Shown piece by piece: positions 12,501-24,500 of a DNA stretch of 64,000 nucleotides. The first letter of the stretch is position 1, and each line of letters begins with the position of its first letter. Source of the DNA: Balanoglossus misakiensis (Eukaryota; Animalia; Hemichordata); the NCBI GenBank assembly GCA_040954595.2, contig CM082585.2:7851353-7915352 (forward strand), read 5' to 3'. The notes below the pieces were generated by a model. The model ran no database searches. It saw only the letters and a program-made list of their open reading frames with translations, and had not been told where the DNA came from. The translations under genes were made by a program, and so were the position numbers.

Positions 12501-15500
12501 AACAAGTGTGTCCATCTACTGGAATCCTGGATACACAGAACATGATTTCTTTCAAGTGACGTATATGTGTGAATCTACAAATATAACACTCAATGCGATG
12601 TCTAGTGATGTAACTCTCAATGACTTGCCACCCAACACCACTTGTCAGATTGACGTCACCACTTGGAGTAATGGTTTGCGAAGCGCAGCCACGTATACAA
12701 AGATGATAACAACAGGTAAATTGTTGGTTTCATTTGAAAGAATGAGAATGTAATACCACAAAAGTCAGACAGACAAGTCATTTCATTGTGACACGCAGAC
12801 TGACAAAGTGCAGGCATTTTTACTGTGACCACTTAGTGATTATTCTACACTGGTCAATTATGATTGTTCATTACTTAATATATGGCGAATTTGATTTCTC
12901 CTGTCCAGCTCCTGACTTCTGTGCCAGTTCACCCTGTGGTTTTAACACCAGCAGCAGCTGCAGGAGTGATCTCAATGGATTTACATGCTCATGCCCAGCC
13001 ATTCCAGGTAAGGTTGAATTATCTTTTTGAAACTTCACTTCAGGCAATTTGTCATATGGAAAAATTAATGTACTTCAAATAGGCACAGTGGTGCTCGAGC
13101 CTCTTCTGCATTGTAACAATAAAGTACTACATGTATTCCCATGTTATCTGTATCAACTCTAGTCTTTACACCAACTGGGACTGAAACGTCATCTAAACAA
13201 ACTACAACACAACCTGTGATAACACCTGAGGACACCACGCAACCCGAGTCGACAGCAGCCAACACTTGGCCATCCAACACAACAGCATCGCCAACAACAG
13301 ATCAATCAACTACACAATATGTTGCCGAACCAACTACACCATGTAATTATTTCTGTTTATTACAAGTAGGATATTGCTTTTGGGTGGTGGCATGTCATCT
13401 TACTTTGAATTTAGTATTTAGTAGAAGATCCCCACTTTGAACATATTTGTCTATAGGTAGAAATTATGCAATATTAATAAAGCACACAAGAAACCAACAG
13501 TATTTTTTTTCAGATCCACACCTCCCACAAGTGTACTGGGTCGAAGCCTTCTCACATCAGCGTGGAACTGTTAAATTAACGATTGATTTGGATAACTATT
13601 ACTATGATGGCTACAACATCGAAATCTCTTACTGGGTGCATCCTTATATAAATGACAGCATTGTAATATCAGAAAACGGCACATACACCTACCATGAAAC
13701 TACTCTATACAACTTGGAATCAACTGAAACATACGTAGTATCGGTTTTGGTATACCATGGTTCTCGTGTAACTGAGCCGTTTGAAATGAATTTCACCGGT
13801 AGGTTTCAATTTATCAGTCTCTGCGTGTATATGTGTGTATATCTATGCAATGTGTGTAATGTGTGTTCCTTTCTTTCTTTGTGGTATACTTATACACTGT
13901 ACAGTACACAAATTAATGATCGTCAACTAAATGCTTCCATCAGTACTTATAATCATTTATTAAGACATGACTCTCTTGTTATATTGCCACTGGGAAGTGA
14001 TAATAATTAAAGTCTCTTTCCTAAAACAGATATCTGCGCTGTTAATCCATGCCAGTCGAATGCTACATGCAGCAGCTATATTCGAACATACAGCTCTGGA
14101 TACTCTTCTGAATGGTACAACTGTCATTGTCTCCCAGGGTTTCTTGGCCAAAATTGTGAAACGGGTGAGAGAGGTCATGCTGTTTTCACAATTTCTAGGT
14201 TCTCATCCAATCGCGACGATGTACTTTGTAACGAATGATAATTGAATATGATGTCCGCCATAGTTTGTTGCTTAATGGTAATGGTTCTTGGATTTCTAAT
14301 TTCATTACGAAATTAATGGTCAACTATTTGCAGGAATATACTTCTTCCATTCTTTAATGTTATCATTACACTTGTCAATTATGTTGTGTGTGGCAAAAAG
14401 TACAGTCCATCCACCATTAAGATATTTTATTACAAATTAGACACATTATACCAGTAGTGTGTACAATGTATTAGTTAGAAGATTTTTGTATTTTTGAAAC
14501 CAGCTTATTTTTTATTCATAAATTGCTACTTTTTCTTCTAGACATGAAGTACTTGAACTTCTTTATGGTGACAGCTGCATGGGCACTTGTAAATTGACTT
14601 TTGTTTTAAAAGCTTCTACTTTCAATGCCTTGGTTAGTTTAATATTTTTTCTTCTTTCAGAACTGTTAATCTACATGGAATTAGTGGACACGACAACAAC
14701 AACGCTAACCATCAGATGGAACTTAACAGATGACAATTATCGATGGGAAATTAACGATATAATAGCCATTGATTTGATTGATGATCAAATGATTGAATTC
14801 CGTTCACTCAAGTATTATGGTCGCCGTAAAACAACACTGGGTTATCTGAGGCCAGGAATGTCATACGCTGTGACTGTTACGGCAACATTCAAATGGTACA
14901 ATTTCAACATTAGTGATGCAGTTATGGCATATTTAGGTAACATTAACTAAACACTGCAAATTTAAATATTGCAACATCAATGATTTAGGATTATAATTTG
15001 GAGTAAATCCTGAACTCAAATTATGTTTGGTACTCATGCAAATATGACCAAATTTTAAACAAAATGTGTTTCCTGTATCACGCCCTTTAGAATCAAGGCA
15101 GGAAATTATAAACAGGAAATATATTTTTCCTGTATATCACATAGGACTGTGTAACGTACGTAATTGAAAACATGCTTGATAATTGACTTTTTACTTCACG
15201 TGTGGGGTGACCTTTCAAGTAGAAAAAAAGGTGTGTTAATTGTTAACATGTTAAGCACTGATTTCAAACAATTTACACATGAGTGACCGAAACATGGAGT
15301 ACCAAAAACTGTGTCTAAATCTTCTAAAACCTGACAGTTATAAAGACACAATTGATTTTAGTTCAGTCGGTAGAATTCTGCAATCCTCTACAGTAAAACC
15401 TCATTGTCACCTATTCACATTGTTTCTTCTATCACAGTTCCAGAACCACCCATTTCAGCTGACATCACCTACTATGACTCAACAAGCATATCTGTATATT

Positions 15501-18500
15501 GGAACCCTGGATACACAAAATATGATTTCTTTGAAGTGACCTACATGTGCGAAACACAGTCAAATATCACATTGAATGTGACATCTACAGATATCACTTT
15601 GGTCGACTTGCTGCCAAATAGAACATGTGTGATTGATATCAGCACATGGAGCAATGGTGTAAGAAGTGTTGACAAGTACACAATGCTGACAAGAACAGGT
15701 ACATTTATTATATTTGTTACATGAGCAAACTATAATGAAAGTGCCTTTGCATAATTAGGTATACTGAAAAATCAAATAATGTTCACTTGTTTTACATCTT
15801 AAGTTTGTTTTTAACCTTCAACTATCTTTATTTTGCCTGATAATTGAAATTGGGCAAGGCAACTAATGATTTGCAAGTCACAATAATAAACATCAGAATC
15901 TTTGGCATCTGACACTCAATCACTTAATTTTCACTTGCAGCTCCTGACTACTGTACCAGTTCACCATGTGGTTATAACACTACCAGCAGTTGCAGAAGTG
16001 ATATTAATGGATTTACATGCTTGTGTCCAGCTATGCCTGGCAACGGTAAGTTTGGGTTCATAAATAGGAGAAACATTTGAATATCTTCCACTCAATTGCG
16101 TTCAAGTACTCACAAAGTCACATCCAGCATATGAGAGTCAAACACAAGTTAATTTTAATACAAAATTTACCAACTGCAAAGGGTGTAGTAAATTTACTTG
16201 TTCTTTGAAATATAACTTAGATATAGTGTTCTGCTGACTGATTAACAATCATCATTAACCGATAGAACTTTGAGAGACCCAATATTTATTTGAGTTGATA
16301 CACTTAAAATCAAACAAATGCTCTATATGTTCAGATCTGCACATGATGCACAGTCCAGAGGGAACAAATGGGAATTTTGAATAAAAACACAAATGATAAC
16401 ACCGAATCTTGTTCTGAGTGCATCATGGTGTCAAGATGTTCAGTCTCTGAACCACTTACATGTTCTGCATCATAACTTGTAATATCCACAAAAACTAACA
16501 AGTTAGCTTAAATCAAAAATGTCAATTGCAGCTGTGCCAATATATAGTAATTAGAGTGCCCTTGTCCATGCATTTCAGATGTTACAACTGAAGTAAATGG
16601 TGTTCCAACAACCACAGTTAGTTCATCAACGATTAATGCAGGTTAGCTGTGTTTTTTTAATTGATTAAGATCATAGGTGTGCCAAAAATATCACCAAGCA
16701 TTGATGTACATATTCCTGCTAACAAGGATTAAGCTCTTAAGTTTGATAACATGTTGTTACTATGTTATTGCCTTTTTCATGCTATGGTCCTACACTGTTG
16801 TTTCCCTCAACTAGGTTATACTTTAGGTATAACACTGGAGCTGGTTCATTACGGAAGTAGAGATATTAACGTTACTTGGGAAGTGACCGAACACCCTTGG
16901 TACAGTTGGATCGATTATGACTTTGCCGTAACTTTTGAGTCATGTACAGCGAGAAGCTTGCAGTGTCACGAGTGCTACTCAATGCAACTTGACGGACTGA
17001 ACCCCGGTGCAATGTATGCTATACGAGTCTCAGCGTCTACTCCTGAAAGGGCGGAAGTAACGACCAGCAACTATATAAACATCCGGACAGGTGTGTTTGT
17101 ACAGATCTAGGACTCAGCTTATTAGGAAATAAGGAAATGTCAGTTATAATTGCCACTGCCACAACAATAGCAAAGGTGGAATGGTTTAATTAAGCCATTA
17201 AGCTGTAAATGTGTGGATTCTCAACAGAAAACTAAATATTGAGGCTCGAACAAGATTGTTACTGATGATGCATTCTGTATACTTTTAACTTCTTCTTTTT
17301 TCCAGTTCCTGAACCGCCTCTTTATGTATATGTGCACTATGCAAGTCCAGTTGTACTTTCCGTACTCGTTGCACTAGCACATGACATGGTCTACTCCAAC
17401 ATCGAGATTGCATACTGGCCAGTGGGTGAACCCCATAGAAGAAAGACAGTCACGGATGGAACCATTGATGACTTGCTTTCCAATGCGACATACACCGTTT
17501 CCGTGGTTGTGGTCAGTGGCGACCTCAGAAGTGAGCCATATGAGTTGATTACGGCAGGTAGGGGACTGTGAACTCGAACTTAATTTTTTGTGATATAACA
17601 TACAAATACAATGTAACACAATTTCAATGGCCATCTACACCTGATTAACTAACATCCCTCCATGTTAACAGCATGCGTTCAAATTGATATTTCCAACCAA
17701 AAATGCACATATTTGTCGAATCTCTTTCTCTCTTGTCATGATCATGGCATCTTTTATACATTAATTTCCCACAGATCACTGTGGAAGCGAGCCTTGTATG
17801 TGGGGAGCAAACTGTAGCAGTACCCACGATGCCTTTGAATGTCAATGCCCTCCAGGGACAGTGGGAGAGAGATGTGAAATTGGTCAGTGACTGATTACTT
17901 GTTAACAAAACATGTTTTGCCTAATTACATTTTTTGTGTTAATTTTTAACAAAATTACAGCATTTTGATTATTGCCAATTGTTGAACATTACTAATTTGC
18001 AGTTAGTCTTACAACTGGTATGATTGTATTTTTCAAATCCATTAGACGTGAACGAATGTTCTATCTCAGAGGTCTGTGGTCCACACGCTTATTGTATCAA
18101 CATCCAAGGATCTTACTCTTGCATTTGTTTTGATGGATTTGATAAAAACATCACCGGATGGTGCGTGGGTAAGGATCTCAATATAGTCAAACTGTAGTTT
18201 CACATCGAACCTCAGCCAACCACTTTCTTTCCAAGATGAAGTAAACCACTACAACAACATAATTTTAAGCATCAACCGTTGTACTATTGAGTTATTCGCA
18301 ATATTTTTCAAATGGTACATCAACTGAAGCTTTGCAGTCAACTTCATAAACAATGTTTACAGTCAACCAACTGTTATGCTTATCAATATGTCATGCATAT
18401 ATGCTAAGAACCTGCGCCATTATTACCAAATGAATTCAAGACTGGACCTACATCATACCTTCAACAGGACCTTGCTTTGATAAGCTAAAATCGTCAGGGT

Positions 18501-21500
18501 TAAGGAAGGCGAACAAAATACGCTGCAATTGATTCACAGAACTATATACCACATTTTCGCAAGAGAAAATTGCATTGAGCACATCATCAATCTTATTTTT
18601 TTTATTGACAGACATTGATGAGTGTAGGGATGGTACTGATAACTGCACGTCGGCGTCTTGCATAAATACCGTTGGATCCTATAGATGCCAGTGTTGGTCA
18701 GGGTTTAGAATGTACGATAATACAACATGTGAAGATATCAACGAATGCACAGAAAGGATGCCATGTCACCAAAACGCACAGTGCGTCAACTATCCTGGAT
18801 TGTACAATTGTATCTGTGACGATGGACACTTTTCAGATGGCTATGAGTGTTTTGGCAAGTTCTGGTTAATTTTATACTACATTTGTGAATATGGGCAAAT
18901 TCATCAATTGTTGTGAAATAGTCACCTCTGTTGATATCACAAAAATTTCTCAACGCGAAAATTTTCCATATGGAATAATTATGTCACTTATTTATCCACT
19001 GACAGATTATACTTGTTAAGGAATTGAACTTTAAATTCCAGTATAGTCATTGCATATACCGCATTACGCATTACAGTCATATATAAGAATGCAAAATAAG
19101 CCCAGTCACTCAAACACAAATGGAAACATATTTTTTTTCCAGAATTAGAAATCTCTGTAGAAGTATCGACATTAAACACGACATCAGTAACCATAACATG
19201 GCGTCTGACAAATGACTCCTACTGGAGCCGTTTCAAAGATAACGTCACGGTCGATATACGTGGAGATATGGGACTACAGACAAAACATATGCCTTCATGG
19301 CCTCGAGAAACGACATTGTCCGGCTTGAAACCAGGAGCAGATTATGCAATCACTGTCACAGCATTCGGAGACAATGGTTACTCTCACAATACCAGTCACG
19401 AAATTGGTGTGATGTTAGGTAAGCAAATAAATATAGAAAGAAAATATTCCCAAACACAAAGCCCGACTCTCAGACAACATTATTGACGCCTGTTCTATGG
19501 CTAAATTGCCATGGAATATCTGACAAGTTTTTATCAACGAACACTACAGTGTAAAAGTATACAAGCACCTATGCATTATACCCAGGCAACATGAAAGTTG
19601 AGATCTTATTGATGACAGATTTTTACAAGCACTGCCATTCTGTGAAAACAAATGTCTCGATCACAATGCATGGGCATATGTAAATGATTGTATACCTTAA
19701 AATAGAAAACTTTTAGGAATAACCTACCAAGTCCGTAGACGTAGACTTGACTGAAGCAGATTCCTATTGTGAATTTACAGCCCCTGAACCACCTGTGTCA
19801 GCTAATGCCATCTATGATGGTGGACAGGATGCGGTGGTATACTGGGATCCTGGATTCACCGAGTATGACGCATTCGAAGTGTGGCAAACCTGCGAGCTTG
19901 GTCATTCACGAACGGTTCAGAATGTGACAATGATAGTGAATTTACCGCCGAACAGTACCTGTTGGATAGACATTGAAACGATTAGCAGAAATGTACGAAG
20001 CGATGACAAGTATCGCCATACCATAGAGACAGGTGATTTATTCTCACATATACCGGTAGACATTCTCATGTTTAATATATCTGGGGGTTTTTATTCAAGT
20101 ATTGCAAACAAGTGAAAACATACCAGTCATCTAAGTATTACTAACCACAAGCTGGTTAATACGCATATACCAATTACCTAGGATGTTTGAGACTTTTGAG
20201 CACACATCCAAGAATGTTTTGGGAAGTTTAAAGTCCTAGAGCTATCAACAATGAAAATGTTGTGCATACGATTTCACAGGCCCTGATTACTGCGAAGGCA
20301 GTCCATGTGCTGAGGGTGCAACTTGTATCAGTGGTAACCAAGGCTTTCACTGTATATGTCCAAGTGGGAAAACTGGCAATCTCTGTGAAGTTGGTGAGCA
20401 ACATGCACTAGTTTTTTTTAGTCATCAAGTTAAATTTATTTTCATCCATGGCATCGATTTCAAACTTGGGCAAACATTTACATAATCTGGGGTCTCCACT
20501 TATTTCTTTGAAATGTGATTACATTTGTATGGTAAAATCAAGGGTATGGTAATCAAAGTAAATGATGTAATGCTTATTATACCCTTCATGTTTTTTTTAA
20601 AGTGGCGGATAGCTGTCAAAGCAACCCATGTTCTGGTGGTGCAACATGTGTAGTTGTTGCTGTTGGATTTGAGTGTTTGTGTCCACTTGGCAGAGATGGT
20701 GACAGGTGTGAATTAGGTAAATCCGCACATATTTCATACATTTAATTTTAAAGGGGGACGGTTGTCGTAACTGAGCATGTGCGATGTTTCTGTTTACAAA
20801 CATACCATTGGTTATGTTTCCACTATTCATGGAGACCAAGGCTGCCAACCAATACATGACGCTTTGTTTTTGTTTTGTTTTTTGTTTATGAAAAGATGTA
20901 AAAGCTGTGAAAATGTCGGCTGAGTTGGCAGGTGCCAACTTCACTGAGGATCTAAGGGACAGGGATTCAGCAAGATATAGACAACTTGAAGCAGACATCG
21001 TTAAACAGGTATGTTGACACCATAACTGTCAACTACGACAGGTGTCATTTCTGAAAATGTACACATCATTATTACATAACTGTATTCAAATTATACTTTT
21101 CATTTCCTTTGTAACACATTCTGTCCAACTTAGATGTTCTGTGGATCAATTTATAAAATGTATATTAAATTCCCCTTCAGATAACATCAGTTCTATTCAA
21201 TGCCACTGCTTTTCAGAAGGTGGAGATTGTCGAATTTAAGTAAGTTAGACTTTAATATTATTGAATATTTCCATATTATTTACTTTAATATTAATTATTT
21301 TGGATTATTTCTATTGTTTTTGAAAACTTACATAATCTCTTTGTATACACATACAGAAAACTTGTCTACAAAATGTCGATTCTAGCATTAACCCATGAAA
21401 AACCTTTGCAGATGTCAGTTTTTGTTATTTCAATAATATGGAATCACAGTCACTGAGATGAGGATTAATTTGCTTTTATTTTCGGTTAGACCTGGTTCAA

Positions 21501-24500
21501 TAATAGTGGTCATGAACATTGTGTTGCTTGCCAACTCAACTACTTCAGATGAAGACATGCTGATTCAAGATTTGACCACCAACTTAGAAACAAATGGATT
21601 GCTGAACTACACAGTTGATACGATTGAACGCTATGAAGGTAAGATGTGCTTAAAAGGATGGTAAATGAAACATTTTGAGTAGAGAAAGATTAGAAAGAAT
21701 GATCTTAAAACATTGATGAGCTGTGTTATAGAACCACAATTAGGGCAGTAAATCTTCAACATCGACCATTACATCATGACTGCCTGTTATGTAAGGACAA
21801 CAAAACCACATTGCTCTTGTATATAAACCAAACGGTTCCTTTTAGATCACTGCCAGGATGCTCCCTGTTTGAATAATGGAATGTGCGTATCTGAAGAAAC
21901 AGACTATCGCTGCTACTGTAGGGATAACTTCATTGGTAGACACTGTGAAACAGGTAGGAAAATAACACCCTGTCATAAAATATTGTTCATCAACATCAAC
22001 ATTTTAATTTGCCAAACCCAATACACACTGAGAAGTGTCACAGGTTTCTTGAGAGTCCTTCGTATCTAAACGTTTAGCTAAATATTCCGTAAACCCATAC
22101 TTTTTTACACAGCTTTCAATGAGAAGATACATTTATTGAGTGGATACAAGTTTCTAAGTGTAACCGAGGAGGAAGAACTTGAAAACCCTGTATATGGTGT
22201 GGCGTCCTTGGTGACAAACCCAAGTGTTGTTCTGCGTTATGAGATGGTGTCCAGTCGCGACAGTTCATCGTTCAATTTAGATAATATATCGGGAGAACTT
22301 AATGCTACATTTCAAAAGTTTGACCATGAAGAGAAAACTAGGTATGAGGTTGAGGTAGACATCTTCGATTTGGAGGGAGCCACGCGTGTCCTTGTGATAT
22401 TTGACGTCATCAATATCAACGATAACAGCCCCATCTTCACACACACGCCATATATAAATAGTGTAATGGAGTACGCGCCTGTCGGGAGTCTTGTTGCCAT
22501 GGTCACAGCAGTAGATGCCGACGAGGGCGCGGTGTTGACCTACTCACTCTCCGGTTCAAACTCGTACATCAATTCTCTGTTCTACATCAACGACTACGGG
22601 GCAATCACTGTGGAGGGAATCCTGAACAGGCAACGTTTGAGGAACGACAGCCAACTGGAAGACGGTAAACTGCTCGTATTCGCGTCCGTCAGCGACGGCG
22701 AACGAACTGGACAGGCGACGGTCTTCTTGCAAATCGAGCCCCTGCACGTCAGAGACACTGAGGTGGACGAAAGAAGTGATATGGTTGCCATCTACGAGAA
22801 TGCAACAGTTGGAACCACGGTAGCCGACGTCGGCATATCAGTCCCCGAAAATGATGACACCACTTACAAGTACAGAATCATTGGCTTCAAAGATTCAGGC
22901 GACTTTCCGTTTACAGTTAATGAAACAACAGTAAGTTTATCAGTATTTAATTTTCAGACATAACTCATTACAATGGTTAATGGTTTTAACAGGCAAAGTT
23001 TCAGAATCAGAATTAACAACATATGCACGTTATGGTAGAAAAATCTTGAGAGAATCATGCTATTGTCTGGCTAAAAAAAATGTATTAATCTCCTATTTTC
23101 TTAAATTTACATTTCATAATGGAAAACAAATAACAAAGGGAAATTGTTTATTAAATGTTTCTCTGTTGCCACTCTTCAGGGAGAAATAACAACAAGACTT
23201 CTGCTAGATAGAGAGAAAGAAAGCTCTTACATTTTTTCTGTCATTGCAAGAGAAAGTGAATGCCTATCTGAAGTTGAGGTTTGTATTGTTCATATTTTAC
23301 AAGGATATTTACACAATGTAGTACTGTGGATATGAACTTTATTGGATATTCTTCATGTTGACTCTCGGAACATTAGCGACTTCCTACCAGTCTGATGTAT
23401 AGAGACCTCTATACTGGGAATCAGGGGTGAAAGATAAAAAAAGTTCACTCTCATATTGTTTGTTTCTTGTTTTCATAGATATACCTTGAAATCGAAATAG
23501 GAGACGTGAATGACGAAAGTCCTATATTCAGTGAAACATCATACAGCGCCACCTTGCGGGAGGATGCTGTTGAGGAGGAGCTTATCATTGTGAGTGTAAA
23601 ATTATGATTTTATGGAACTGCTGTAAGCTAAATGCATTACAGAGATCAGAACATGGTAGCTGTTCATCTTTGCTACTAAATATTTGCGATCATACCCATC
23701 CATATTCTAAACTTTATTATAGGTCAAATATACAATTTGTATACATATATGGACTTCCAGCAATAATGACCAGTATGTGATGTCAGGTGTTTTGAAAATA
23801 GTTAGCAATCCTGCCCCACAGGTGGCACCTGCCATCGGTCACACACTAAAGACAAACGTCTCCGATACCATCCTTACATCCGCATTTATTTGGCTCACAG
23901 ATTCCAGCCATCCTGGCAACAGATGAGGATGTTGGACTGAATGCTGATATCAGATACTACTTAGCAGGACCTGGAAGTGATCTCTTTGACATCGACCCGA
24001 AGAGCGGCAAGGTTCGATGTAAGGCCAATTCAAACTTCGATTATGAAACAGTTGTAGAGTATCGCTTGGCCGTAATTGCCAAGGATAAGGATGGCAGCGA
24101 TGACAGCAACATGGCAAGTGTGCCTTTGGTTGTCAGGATCACAGATGCCAATGACAACAGCCCCGTTTTCACGACACAGCACTGGAACTTGACTGTAAGC
24201 GAGGATTCCCCAGTCAGGACCTCTCTGGCATCAATACAAGCTACAGACGCTGATGAGGGTCCTAACGGTGATATTTTGTATTATATCCGGGACGGAGGCG
24301 AGGGGAAGTTCAGAATGGAGCTGACAACAGGCGTGCTTTCCACAAGTTCTGAACTTGATAGGGAGACGCACGATACCTATGTCTTGGACGTGATCGCGAG
24401 AGACCAGGGGTTTCCAGCAAGAGAGACTCTCATACAGGTGCATGTGACAGTTACAGATGTCAATGACAACCAGCCAATCTTTGGCCAGCAGTTTTACACT

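Noticed and set aside
21134-21183. Alternative SEA middle exon starting at 21134
   Set aside because: It has an in-frame stop. The acceptor at 21180 gives an open, SEA-compatible frame.
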